Part shown: positions 1 through 13,000 of the stretch, piece after piece
Position numbering within the stretch: the stretch's first letter is position 1
Layout: the number at the start of each line of letters is the position of its first letter
Assembly (NCBI GenBank): GCA_032718475.1
Contig: JAUCBJ010006171.1
Coordinates: 1 to 61,334 of the forward strand
Direction: 5' to 3'
Length of the DNA: 61,334 nucleotides
Source: Nemertoderma westbladi
Lineage: Eukaryota; Animalia; Xenacoelomorpha
Translations under genes and position numbers: made by a program
Notes under the pieces: model-generated
What the model saw: the letters and a program-made list of their open reading frames with translations, nothing else
Databases searched by the model: none
What the model was told of the DNA's origin: nothing

Positions 1-525
1 AATCTAATAATAAAATATATAATAAATTGTATAATTTTCTTAATAGTTACATTTTAAACTGTTCTAGCTCATATCAAATGGGTCTAAGAAGATAAGGGCA
101 TCGATGAACACAGAATGTAAATTCTGTGATTGGATTTCAACCTCCTATTGCAAGTTTTCAATGAATTCATTGACAACGACAACTCAATATGTGAATTCAG
201 ATATTAATTGAATATAATAATAAATCATAGCAATTTCGCCCTATTCAGCTCCCATATTTGTCTCTCATCATTAGTTTTTCGTTAGTTTTTCATTAGTTTA
301 GTTTTTCGCAGTTACACGCACGCTAATATCGTGAGTTTACTTAATACCCCATAACCATAAAATTAAAGATATTCACTAATAATATCGTTATCATTAAACA
401 TTGGGCAGTTCAGTGTTGTCATTCACTCATAATGATCTTTAATGTAACAACATCACCGAATTTAAACAATTTTCGCTGAACGATAATGAGCGGAGCTGGG
501 GTTGGCGACGGGTTGTGAAAAACAG

Positions 526-1581
526 CTAGTCGAAGGAATCACTGACAAGCATTTCCGTTAGTGACAACTTAATTGGGGTTACACGGTGAACAGACTTAAC
601 GTGGGACCTTAGGGACGTTTTGTGAGTAAATTCTTTGTCACAACCATCACAATGAAACCTGATTTTTTTATGAATTGACTCAATGTGAAATTGCAAACCA
701 GAACTCCTAGTTAAACGATTTCCCACAATCGAAGCACCTGAACCTTTAATACTTTTATGAATAGATTTAACGTGAGTATTTAAGTTGCCTTTGTTTATAA
801 AAATCTTATCACAATCATAGCAATTGAACTTCTTAACACTTCTGTGAATAGAGTTGATGTGTAACTTTAAGCTGTTTTGCAGGGCAAACAATTTACCACA
901 AAAAATACACTTATACCTAAAACCTTCATGAACAGAATCGATGTGTCTAGTTAGGGAACTCTTATTGCTCAAGACATTTTCACAAGCAGTACATTGTAGC
1001 TTCTTTTGTTCTTTATGAACAGAAGCATTGTGACTATTTAAGCTGCTTTGTTGTGTAAATAGTTTATCACAAACAACGCAAATATACTTGATGTGGCTAT
1101 GAGCTGATTCTATGTGATACTGTACCCCACTCTTGGAAGCAAACGTTTTTCCGCAATCGAAGCAATTGAACTTCCTAATCCTCATATGAACAGAGTTGAC
1201 ATGTCTAATTCTGTTAGAGTTGTTGTGAAATACTTTTCCGCAATCAATGCACTTAAACATTATTCGGTATTCAGAAGATTTCCCCAATACCTCACCAGTA
1301 ATATCTGCTTCAGCAGACAGTGACAAACAAAGACTTTGGCACGGGGAATGAGTAGAACAAACCTTGTCTGTTACAGGACAAATATTATCAGATGATCCCC
1401 AAGTAAAATAAGATCCGAAATATATATATGTTATATAATTCTTATCATTAATATTTGAACTGGTACAATTTGGATAGTCAGTAATGTCAATTTCCCGTTC
1501 TTCGACCGCAAATGAAACTGCAGAAGAAATATTCTCACAAATAGGGGGACGATAGCCCCTGTTTTCTCCACTTTTACACAA
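526..1581 (-). CDS. C2H2 zinc-finger protein, 7 intact fingers plus 1 scrambled; start codon unclear, possibly a pseudogene
   Basis: Repeated CxxC-x12-HxxxxH units. The ORF opens on TTG right after a stop. The seventh finger is read out of frame between two compensating indels. Confidence 0.75.
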   Translation of the reverse strand: MCKSGENRGYRPPICENISSAVSFAVEEREIDITDYPNCTSSNINDKNYITYIYFGSYFTWGSSDNICPVTDKVCSTHSPCQSLCLSLSAEADITGEVLGKSSEYRIMFKCIDCGKVFHNNSNRIRHVNSVHMRIRKFNCFDCGKTFASKSGVQYHIESAHSHIKYICVVCDKLFTQQSSLNSHNASVHKEQKKLQCTACENVLSNKSSLTRHIDSVHEGFRYKCIFCGKLFALQNSLKLHINSIHRSVKKFNCYDCDKIFINKGNLNTHVKSIHKSIKGSGASIVGNRLTRSSGLQFHIESIHKKIRFHCDGCDKEFTHKTSLRSHVKSVHRVTPIKLSLTEMLVSDSFD

Positions 1582-3568
1582 TTATCTTTCTATACCTTCA
1601 TGGAATAATACCGGTCATAGCTCGTGTCTTCTTTCAATATAATTTCCGGAGTTCAGATTTCTGCATATTATAATTTGTAACAACTTCACAATAGAATACA
1701 ATAAAATAGTAATAATAATGAGTAATAATATCATGAATCAACTAAAATATTATATGACAATAATGTTCGAAATCATGAGTAATGTTCTTTAATGAGAAAT
1801 ATTATTTGAATTTGAATACTATTTTTATCACTAATTTCAATTGGCCGAACCCGAAATATAACAATTCTGTCCGGGTGGTTGAGCTATGACGATGACGAAT
1901 TGGCATATTTTTAGTAAGAGCTAAAATGCCATCGAGAGTATACTCAATCAATACCGTCCGACCGTGAGACGTGGGAAGAATATATGAATTTCGGTTAACT
2001 GAAATTAGTGAAAAGGAGTATTATCAAAAGCAAAGTTCAGAAGTTAATTGAGCTAATCATCCTACTGGTACATGGCAGGGCAGGGGGCCCTATTAGCGGC
2101 GCCAAGTGCAAATAATCCTGCGCCAGTTTGGTGCAAAGCTACGCCACCAACTGACCAATTAAAAAATCTCTATCAGGCAGTCTATCATTGACGATGCTAC
2201 GCTGGCTACCCCGGCGCTGCACACACACACATAACACACTATCTGCGCCAGCCCTTTCAGGAGCACCTTACCCGGCGTAGCACATTTCTGCGCCAGCTCC
2301 CGGCGCAAGTTGGAATGCTGCGCCGAACGTGTTCGGCGTATAATATGTAAAACTTTGCAATAGGGGCAGGTGATAGGGCTAGCCACGTACCGTACATCCT
2401 GCTATCCCTACCAAAATGTAAGATGGACCGGTACCGGGTTTATTATGATGGCACTACATACTACGGTTATGTCAGCTACTGGTCTGCCGGTATGTACCGG
2501 TACTGTAGTATGTCTGTAAGTTGAACCACCTGCACTGTCAGACTGTGTACGTACAATCAGTAGCGGTATCGATGGACAATACAGCAATAGTAGCTTTTAA
2601 CGGAGTAATGGAATATGCGCAGTATTCACGCCCACGCAGCCACGCGTACTGAAACCCGAATTGGATTGCAGATTAGGATAAATCCAAATATATAATAAAG
2701 ATGAAAATAATGAAGCTTTTGTAATACATTTTTAGTGTCTTTTAATATTATTCTTTAATTTTTATTGATTTTCCATCTTTCATTTTATTATATTCGTCTC
2801 TGCAAATTCTAGGTCATTTTTTTCATGTCTAGCAACTGTAAATAAATTTATGATTTGTTTTAATTTCTACAAACTGTAAATAATTTCCTTTTTTTCTTTC
2901 TTTCACGATTCTCTAAATATTTTATTTTTTTCCTTTCTTTTCTTTATTAATAAAGTTCCATACTAATTTATATGCATGTATGTACTTCATGCTGTACTGC
3001 CATTGTACTTTACTGATTGATTCACCTAACCGGAATAACGGCTTGCTTATACGGTATGATGAGGTGTATGCAGAAATAAAAACAAATAAAATAAAATTAT
3101 TTAGTGTATCCATACAGAGAGAGAGAGAAATAGTAAAATTATTCAAGAGTTTCAGAAATAAAAAGAAATAAAACTAATTAGAGTTTGCTGGAATGAAAAA
3201 CAAGTTTTTTCATTAATGTTTTGAAATGTGTGCTAAAATGTTCGATTATTTCAATCGCATTTTTAAAAATATTATATTACTAGTGAGACATAATATTACA
3301 AGTAGGGATATTACTAGTGTAATATCGACAGAGGGACTTGTTCTAGTCCTTGTAGAAAATATTGAAAAATGAAATGGAAAATAAAAAAACAGACTAAAAA
3401 GTCGGAGGTCAAAATATGCGATATCTCGGTGATTGCTAAAATTTTTCCCTAATTAATTTTAGTGTAGAAAAAACTTAGAAACATCGAGCGCTTGCTTTCC
3501 ACGTCTCGTCTTTGGGACGATGGCCGTAGTTAAGATATTACCTCTGTATCCAGGTATTAATTTGCGTG

Positions 3569-3878
3569 GTAAGTTGGTAGTAATAGGGGGGAAATTCAAA
3601 TTACGACAGCATTATTTTGTACTCGCAATAACGTTGTGCGTTCCTGGGTTAGGTCCTGACGAATTGCTGCATTACCAGATTACGTGCTCTTACTGCAGTA
3701 CTGCAGTAGGCCTACTGTCTGAGCTACTGTCTATTTCAGTGAGACATCATCAATTTTAATTCAGTAATTAATACTGTAATATATAATAGCATAGGCCTAA
3801 TCAATGCTCAGTAGATCAGTATATCCAATCCTAATAAACTCCTTGAATATCTAACTTGTTGTTTTAATATTTTAATAG
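3569..3878 (+). other. POLD2: Probable 5'-UTR intron of POLD2
   Basis: GTAAGT donor at 3569, CTAAC branch-like motif at 3851, T-rich tract and TAG acceptor at 3878, 37 nt before the ATG. Confidence 0.55.
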
Positions 3879-3915
3879 GCCGGTAGGGTAGGCCTACAAA
3901 GAGACAAAAGGGAAA

Positions 3916-5400
3916 ATGGTAAATATAATAACTGATGAGCCGGAGCCGCCCACAGTCACTGAACCTACCGGTATCTCTCGCGCCGAATGCGAATATACCA
4001 ACGAATCGCAACGATTCCTACTGGAGCAACCGCGAGTGTTCCATCGCCAGTACGCGCCATTCTACTCATATCGTATAGCCGAGTTGCGACCGCGACTAGA
4101 ACGCGGCGCGGCGGACAGATGGGGCGCCGATGTCGCGCGAGTCGGTCTGTCCGAGATGGTCGTCGGACAGCGGTGCTACCTGGTGGGAACGCTGTACAAA
4201 CACATGGAGCTGAAACCCTCGATCCTACGGGAGGTCAGCGAGGAGCACAACCTGATGCCGCTACCGGAGCGGGATCGATTCGCTTCCGACGCCGATCAAC
4301 TCATCATCGAGGATGAAGTCCAACGAGCGGTCCTCTCGGGGCTTCCCGTGGGTGAGTTCGTGACCGGTGTCGTCATGGCAGTGCTTGGGTACGAGGACAG
4401 TCACGGACATTTCCAGGTCGAAGATGTCTGCTACCCATCCCTTCCGGAACAAATCCCGTTACGACGCCTATCTGAAACGAACTATTACGTGCTCGTAGCC
4501 TCGGGATTGGGCCTAGGGGACCCTAAAGAGAACTTGTTAGCCGTTCAACTTCTTATAGACTACGTGTCTGGGGTGTTGGGGCAGGTGGATCAATGTAAGA
4601 ACATTGTTCGAGTGATCCTTGCGGGTAACTGCCTGAGTCCAGCCACACTGGATCGTGATTACATGCACAAGGCCAAGTACTTAACAAGGAAACGGGCCGC
4701 GTTAAGCGTGGAAGCTACACGCACGCTAGACGGATTGTTGGAACAGCTGGTATCGTGCTGCCCCGTCGATATAATGCCGGGGGAATTCGATGCGGCAAAC
4801 CATCTGTTGCCGCAGCAACCGCTGCACAGCTGCATGTTCCCGCGATCAGCCATGTATAAAACATTCAACAACGTGACGAATCCCTACGCCTGTGAGGTGA
4901 ACGGCGTACAGATACTGGCCACGTCGGGACAGAATATTCTCGATGTATACAAGTTTAGTAAACTCGATGACTGGTTGCAGATAATGGAGTTGACGCTTCG
5001 ATGGGGCCACTTGGCACCCACGGCACCGGACACGCTGGGGGCGTACCCCTACGTGAAGGAGGACCCCTTCATACTGCGGGAGACGCCGCATCTGTACCTG
5101 GTCGGGGGGTCGCCCGGCTTCCAGACCTCGGTTGTGGAAGGCCCGTCCAGCCGGCGGGTCCGTATGGTCGCGGTTCCTAAGTTCAGCTCCAGTGGGGTCT
5201 GCGTTCTAGTTAATCTCAACACGTTGGAGTGCGAGCCAATGCAGTTCGCGGCCTCCAGTTTCCAAGGGGAAGTCGATGATGTTGCTTTGGATATCGAAAA
5301 TAGTTTGATGGATGCGACAGGCGCCATAGGTGGATCGCCGGATAAAAAGGACGGGAGAGTTTGCGATAATACGCCCGATCTAATTGGTGATTCCGTTTAA
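3916..5400 (+). CDS. POLD2: DNA polymerase delta subunit 2 (p50), CDS intronless
   Basis: RQYAPFY..R, GTLYKHMELKPSILRE, DIMPGEFD, LPQQPLH.CMFP, VTNPY, HLAPTAPDTLG.YPY..DPF are POLD2 motifs; 494 aa uninterrupted from an ATG. Confidence 0.95.
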   Translation: MVNIITDEPEPPTVTEPTGISRAECEYTNESQRFLLEQPRVFHRQYAPFYSYRIAELRPRLERGAADRWGADVARVGLSEMVVGQRCYLVGTLYKHMELKPSILREVSEEHNLMPLPERDRFASDADQLIIEDEVQRAVLSGLPVGEFVTGVVMAVLGYEDSHGHFQVEDVCYPSLPEQIPLRRLSETNYYVLVASGLGLGDPKENLLAVQLLIDYVSGVLGQVDQCKNIVRVILAGNCLSPATLDRDYMHKAKYLTRKRAALSVEATRTLDGLLEQLVSCCPVDIMPGEFDAANHLLPQQPLHSCMFPRSAMYKTFNNVTNPYACEVNGVQILATSGQNILDVYKFSKLDDWLQIMELTLRWGHLAPTAPDTLGAYPYVKEDPFILRETPHLYLVGGSPGFQTSVVEGPSSRRVRMVAVPKFSSSGVCVLVNLNTLECEPMQFAASSFQGEVDDVALDIENSLMDATGAIGGSPDKKDGRVCDNTPDLIGDSV

Positions 5401-6644
5401 TCGACAAATGTGAACTTGATATAGTGTAGAGAAACTTGAGGATAAATATATTAATTAACTAAGTCGGATATATTTAAAAGTGCAATAACTTGTTTGTTTA
5501 TTCTACCGAACTAACTAATACAGTAAAGCTTGTGAATTATTATCATCACTCGTTATTATACTATTAACTCAAAACTCCTGCAACAACGCAACATTTTTAA
5601 AATCTTAGTAAATAAAATATAAATATAAATATTATTATTAAATATTAAAATAAAAATAATAATGTATATTTATATTTTATTGCTATTTCGGATTAAATAT
5701 CAGTGTCATTTTTGTCAAATAGGGAAATTTAGCGAGAGTTTTATAAAATTTCAGGGAATTATTATAATATTATTTTTTAATATCTTGTAATCATGTAATA
5801 TGAGACCAATTATTAGTGCTGATAAGACGTTATATGATCAAATTGTTTATGCTACTTGCTACTGCAGATAGGGGGGAACTGGACGCGATAAAAATTCATC
5901 ACTCTCTGGGGAATGGTTAAAATAACGTGCCGATATATGCCGAATAAGCGTGGATATTAATTCGCCAAGGCGGAATTTGCGTCCAGTCCCCCCCCCCCCC
6001 CCCCCCCCCCCTTTTATGTGCTGCTGAGTCATAGCCATGCATGGAGCCCTGCTGCTGACCATAAAAGAATGTAAGAATAATAAAAGAAAAAGAATGATCA
6101 GGAATGTCTTTGAATTAAACTTTGCGTTGAAACTTGCAGTTTGCACTACTAATTTCAAGAGTAAATAAAGTTTGTTTTTAATACGATTTTTAAGTAATTT
6201 AATCTATGAAAATTAAGAGATAATGAGACAAAGACATGTCTTTTATTCCTTTTAACCGAGTTATAATTGACATTCTAGGAATAAACATGGATTTATTCCA
6301 ATATGGATGCAACTAAACTAATTTCTCTTCAAATACATTGCCATATGGATAATACAATAGCTCGAGTTTTTTTAATCTAAAAATTCGGATGTTCCTTCTT
6401 CATGTATAATTTCTTCCCCACGCTAACGCCGTAACGATATATCAAAATCCATTTTTTTTATTTCCTTGTAATGATAATATTTAAACTTAAAACATCGTAT
6501 ATTGAACCTTATGTCATCCCATCAGACCTAATCTAATAATTATAATAGTTGGCCATGGTTATCCCAAAATATTTTAAATATCACTGTATTAAATATATTT
6601 GTCATAATAAATTATGCAGTTTGTGACAGACATTTTCAACTAAC

Positions 6645-7004
6645 CCCTCGGTAAACTCAGACATCCCTAAACCTTCATCTCCCTCGGTATCCCCGTCGCA
6701 AACATTGTCGTAATTGGAGGCTGAAGTTGTGGTAACTTCGGCCTGACTGGGAGACGCGGTGGAAAGAGCGGTGGGGTGGGCTGTGGTGGTCCCCGAATAG
6801 GAGGTGATGTACGGGTAGGTCCCTGAGTGGTGTCCGCCCGTGGTGTACGGGTGGGTGTCCGGGAAGGTGAACCGTTGGCTCTCTAGGTACGGGGAGATAG
6901 AGGTGCCAAAGGGAGCGGGGCTGGAGGGTGTAGACGAGGTTGTAGAAGAGGGATTGCTGGAGGAGTCCGCAGTGTGGTGGGAGAAGGAAGGTATACCAGG
7001 TCGT
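6645..7004 (-). CDS. ksr: ksr coding exon 8 (CA4 Ser/Thr-rich region and ERK-docking FxFP)
   Basis: Acceptor tttctctcccccgcag|; DSSSNPSSTTSSTPSSPAPF and FTFP; probable donor GG|GTTAGT at 6644. Confidence 0.85.
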
Positions 7005-10000
7005 CTGCGGGGGAGAGAAATCGCAGTCAGTAAATAAGAGGAAATTAAATGAATTCTTAATCCTAGAAACATATTATTATATAAAAAGAAAATCAACAAT
7101 AAATTTAATAAAATTAAATATTTTTGAGTGCGTTTCAGTCGAGATTTGGTGTGCTACGCACGCCGACGCATTCATTATTTTGTTTTAATTTTATTCCCAA
7201 TCCGCGGTGAAGGATAATTAATCTGAGAATTGTAGAGTAGGATGGTGTAAATAGCAACCATTGGATGGGTTGTAGAGTAGGATGGAGTAGATTGCAACCA
7301 TTGGATGGGTTGTATCTAATATTATCGCTAATCAGTTCACGTTCTTTATTAGCACTAAGCGAAACCATAACATCAACAAACCAACGATGAATGGCATTAG
7401 GGGTGCTGCTTTATCATATTACATAATTAGATGTGTAAAAAATCGAATTAACCTTATTTGTATATTAATTAATTATATACTAATTAATTAGAATTACTAT
7501 CTCATCTGAGATAAGATCTCAAGATATTCTGACTGTACAATTGAAAATTTGGATAGCTAACTTTTCGTTACCAACCGTAATTTACTTCTTGCAGCAGAAA
7601 CTTCAAAATGTGAGGAATTTAATGAAGTCCAAGGACCTGTGTTTAGTTAAACGAACCTTTTCCGGGTGGGAACTCGACCCCAGGAGTGTGTGAGACCGAC
7701 TTTTATATTGAAGCCTGGTTCTGACATTGTATGGCCTACGGTGCGTCCGCTCGCACTACTGGTGCTGTTGTTCCGTTGGTGGGCCACCCTCGCGCCAGCG
7801 GTCCCACTCGTACTGTCGTGACGGTCGGGTTTAGGCGATGGCGGTAACGCCATACCTATTGACTCCGCGAATGTCCGTTCGTACTCTTCGGGAAGACAGC
7901 AGGATGGAGGTGAGATCGAAGTACACTTCTCGTGACACTTGTACCTGAATGGGTATAATTAATTATAATTGAATGATGCTTTAACAATGATTATATTGAA
8001 TCATCCGTTGAAAAAATTATATCTGAAATTTCTTCACTAAGAAAGTACAACGGTGTATTAATGGTATAACAGGGGTGGAGATATGTTTTTGCGCACGGGG
8101 GCGAGGCTTATTGTGTGCGAAAGATTACAAAGTGAGTTTTTATTCGTTCAGCTTGATAAGTTCAATAGGAATCGTGTGCCTAATGTTGACAAGCCGGTAC
8201 AGCATTCTTAAAAATGCAGCTGCAATGCAGCATGCCGATCCTAGTAGTAGTAGTGTGCTTAATAATGACCACCATAGATATTACAACGACGGCGTTCATT
8301 GTGTTGCGTTTACTTTATTTCATTGTGTTGCGTTTACTTTATTTAATTGAGTTACATGTTTAATGATATTTATAATACAGAGTAAAATAAATGTGATACG
8401 ATTAAACGGGATTCTGGGATCGGAAATTGCTAAGGTTTGGGAATACTTTAGAATTTGAATTTAATTCAAACTTATCCGTTGTTGGATAAATTAAATGGCT
8501 CATACTTAAATATTACATTTACATCTTTCCTGTCAAATTATTATCATAATTACATCATTATATTTATTGAATGTAAATCAAAAAATTTCAGTTGTAGTTG
8601 TAGTGCCATTACTCAACAAATAACAACGTCACTTCACTTTTTCATTTAAATTTCGGGATCCTGATCTTAGAAATTTAGCTTCAACCTGAACACATTAGTA
8701 AACGTTTCTGGGGTCCGGTCCCCCTTAGTTACAACATTATTATTTTTCGTGGAAACTCTTAAAACCATTCCATTAAGATTATGGACTGGACACAAATCCC
8801 ATTTTATCTGTTTGTTTGTCATGCAGCAGTGCCCATAAATAATTGTTTAGATGGGCATTATCTGTATGTAACCTGTCTTGTCTAATAATGAAGGCGGTGG
8901 GTGAAGTTAACAATTATTGGCTGTCTAATACTGACTAAGAGCTGAACATTGAAAATAATTTCAGTTTTATTTTAATTTCAGTTTCAATGTTCAGCACTAT
9001 TCCACTGTACAGACCTACGTTTGTATAATTAAAAGTTAATTCTTATTACTTTTTCATTTTTTTTCTTATTCTTATTTCCTTCAAAATATAAAATAAAATT
9101 AATACACAATAGCCTACAAAATTGATTGCTGCGTTGATTGGTGTCAGCTTCCGCTATAGCATAGTTAGTGTAGTTTTAGCTCACCCCAGCTGATGTTGTA
9201 CTTTAAATCAAAATAGGATTGAATAAGGTTCGTTAATAAAAATCTTAGATCAATTTATTATATTTTAAATAATACATTGCACAGTATAATGTTATTCTTT
9301 CTCCATACAACACACACTCATGTTTAAAACCCTAAAGGAGAAACGTAGTCATTGAGATAAGACATTTGATTAAATGTTTTAGAATACAAGTTTCGCTTAT
9401 CGCTATCACCAACAGCATTGAAAAGATGCGCCAAACGATAGAACACGTCCCTCAGACGGGATGTGCAATCCATATCCTTTAGCTTTGTAACAACCGACTC
9501 CAACAATTCTATAGCCGCCACTGGCTCGCTAACTAACTCCGATTCTATAAGATAACCGCAACATCGTTGGTAAGCAGAGCCCTGACTATAAACCACGCAC
9601 AATGATTGGCTAACCCATGAGTGGCACGAGTCTGGAAGCTCTCCTCCCAACCATATACCCAACAATTTGGCTAATCGTAACGTGGCCAATGCGGCTAACA
9701 ACTGGAATCCGTGTTTTTTTGAGATAGATTCGGATTTTACTAGAAGCGACATGGAGTGTGTGAGATTCCCAGTGACGGCGTGCAAGTCAGCCAGCTCGAT
9801 GAGTGCCGCCGGAACAACTTCCGGTTGACTCGTGTACCCCTCGTGCTCCTCTAGAATCCCAAGTAGCAGCCTTTGAGCTTCCTCATAGCGTCCAGCTATC
9901 ATACATTGGCGAGCTCGAACTACTGGATCGCCTGCGGTTCTGGATCCACCACTACCCCGCAGCGTCTCACTAGCCGCATCCAGTTGGTTCTCCGTGTCGA

Positions 10001-13000
10001 CCCACAGACCGGCGTGCGCTGTCCTGGACGGGAAACGGGACCTCGCTTCGTTCAGCACCTCCTGCGACCCCAGACGGTTCCCCCTGTCTGCCAGCTGCTT
10101 CGCGACGCTGCACAACGCCACGCACAACGGCTCCACGTCCAACTCCCGCTCGGGTTGAGAGTAGCACGCGGCTCGTAACAACACGCACTGCATAGCGAGC
10201 GATGCGAGTCTGCGTCTACCGTAGAGCGACCACAACACACCCTGATGGCACCGACTAGTGAGCGACAGGGCCTCACTCTCGCCGTTGGTGTCGACCTCAG
10301 TAACAGCGAGACTGTCAGCCTCATCGACGATCTGAAAGACGTTGAAGGGTTCTGCGTCCGCAGAAGAGAGCCGTTGCTGTGCGTATAGATGCGCCGCGGC
10401 GGTAGATAAATCGATCTGACACAGGGATTTGCTGTGTTTCAGCGAGTGTCTCAACAGAGAAGAGCTATCCTTATTGAGGGCTTGGTCTATCCGACACAGA
10501 AGGTATATAGCGTAGTGGAGAGAGGATGAATCACTGGCGGAATAGGCGAGGTTGAGTGCCTCGAGCGTAGCAGCGCGTGCCTCGCTCCACTCGCCGCGTC
10601 GCACGTGCATCGCAGCTACGTTGAGGACACCGCAGCGGAAGGTCCGTTGAGAGTCCAACTCATTGGCAACGGATTCCGATGGCGGTTTAAGATCGAAGTA
10701 ATGGTGGAGGTGGCGCAGAGCTCCGGTCAGATCGAATTGCCGCAGACTGTTTATGTAGGCAAGGTAGTGGGGTTGACAGGTGGTGGAGGCCGCCACCAGT
10801 GAGTCTATGCGGGACTCTAGTTGGCCCGGAGTCGAGGATAGGCGCTCGCAATCCGATATGAGTCGGATCTCCGTGGATATGAACTGTTCCGCGTGTTTCT
10901 TCGTAAAGGCTGGGGTTTTATCGGCGTTGGGGAAATCTACATCACTTGCAGCCGAAGGAGAAAGTCGTAACGACTGACTGAACTCATCCGTTACCATAGA
11001 AACCGACACGTTATCCCTGTAAGATACGTCTTCGTCATCAGAGTATGCGATGGTAAGTTGCAACAGAGAAATAACTTGATTGAAGGAAAGTTGAGAGAAA
11101 TCGAGAAAAAGTCTTCGTAAAAATATACCGATTACAGATGTAGGTAGAACATCTGTCTCTGTGTCAGTCGGAGCATCAGAGTTGAAAGTATCCTCCAAAC
11201 TCTTCCCCAGATCGTACATGGTCTCCAGACCGCTACATTGCAATTTGGCTCTGAACACGTTAATGCCGGTTGTAATATCGGAATCGGCAATGGTGATGTC
11301 GGAACATTTATCGCAGAGGCGACGGAAGCTAGTGTCCGAACTGTTAAGCAAGTCGAGTAGCAGAGGCCACAGACGTCGTTTTTGTAGGAGAGTGAGTGCC
11401 GACTGTTTGCGGTGGGGCAGGATGGAGTTGATAATGGAGGCAACGTAGAGTTTGTATGGGGTCACGAGTTCCCTGGACTTTGGATTGGAGTTAGGAATGA
11501 TGGGACGGAAGGTGGTTGGGAATGACATGGCTTCCAGGCAGGTAAGTACCGGTATGGCAGTTTTAATACAAAAATTAATACATTTACTACCCACCGAAAC
11601 ACAAAAGATTTATAAATCAAATTGCACAAATCTACATGGGCTCCAGCATATACTAAGCAGAATACTGTTTTACCGGTACCATGGTACAGAAACTATACCT
11701 TGGATACATTGCACCTGGTTGCTCGTCCAGACTGCCATGCCAGCAGCGCAGTACGACCAGACCATCATAGTTTGTTGTCATGGCGTCCTAAACATTGCTG
11801 CTACATTACAAAGTTTTTGGTTGCCATGGTAAAATAAACAGACCTGATTGATGTGAGGTAGGACTTAGGAGAGACTGTGGGATTTATTATTAGGGAATTA
11901 TTATTAGTAGCCCCACTAGCACCACCAAATGGAACCTCACATGTTGGTCTTGGACCCGAAAATTGGGTGAAAAATATTTTTTGGTCCTAAACAGCGTCTG
12001 GGCTGTTTAAGAATAGACAAACCAAAACTTGGGCTATTTCTCCACCACTATGAATTAAAATTTCGAATCTAAGTTCAAAAAAGACCCCTGCATCCAATTC
12101 TTCAGAACGTTTTTCGCTAAAAATAGATTGGGACTATTTTAGATTATAACTAAAAGGCCCCAAAAGTGGCTATTATAGGGCCTTTTTGATCCAAAAAGGC
12201 CCCTGATCATTTTTTAGCAAAATTTGTTCAGAAGATTAGTTGACAATGGTACTCTGAACCAGAGTACCAAATTTCAACTCATTTCAGTAAAATTAGCTGA
12301 GAAATAGCCGAGAAAAATATAACTAATAAAATTACCTTTTAGCAATTTTATTAAGAGAGACCTTGAGAGCCTTTTTGATGAAAAGGGCCTAATCAATTAT
12401 TGTAAAAAATCGTGCTGCTCGACCGGCTTGTCAGAAAACAGACTAGCGTTAACATTGGCTAATAACTCGAGTTTGAGAAAAGACACAAGAAAGCTGCTTG
12501 CAGATATGAAATCTCCATTAATTCAACAAAACGATATGATTACATTTTTTTACAATTTCCAAACTAGTTTGACTCGCCCCACTACTACTACTACGATCGG
12601 CATGCTGCATTGCAGCTGCATTATATATATATATATATTTCATATATGTTAAGAATGCTGTGCCGGCTTGTCGATCAAATTGCGCCGCCACGACTCCCTT
12701 TCACCCATGACATTTGCTAAATCATCCGCATCTTCAAGGCCAGTGTCCTTTAAGATGCGTCTCAAGAAAATCACGGGCAGTCCACCATGCTTATTCGCTC
12801 CATGAAGGCGCCAAAGCACAAGATTATGCACTGGCTAGTCCTCACGGCGAAAGCAATGTCCTGCAAAGCGGAGGCGGCTCCGTTCAAGTGTCAAGGTAGG
12901 GAAGATTAATGGAACACCTTCAATGTTGTATAGTCTGATTGGAGATGTGTTCATTGTACTTGACACAATGAACCCGGCGCAGCATTCTTGTGAAAGTGCC

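Noticed and set aside
5987-6012. Long poly-C/poly-G tracts (also near 18035, 19531, 20407, 50017, 60543) as functional G-quadruplex elements
   Set aside because: Several are parts of transposon subtermini, and homopolymer lengths are unreliable in assemblies; no evidence of function.
1-6644. Further ksr exons (kinase domain)
   Set aside because: I found no kinase motifs on the minus strand here; a very small linker exon could have been missed.
11529-11594. N-terminal extension of ANAPC5 in the ORF track
   Set aside because: Non-ATG start; recognisable APC5 sequence begins after the ATG at 11528.
11820-11833. RFX X-box-like GTTGCCATGGTAAA upstream of ANAPC5
   Set aside because: Imperfect single match with no independent support.
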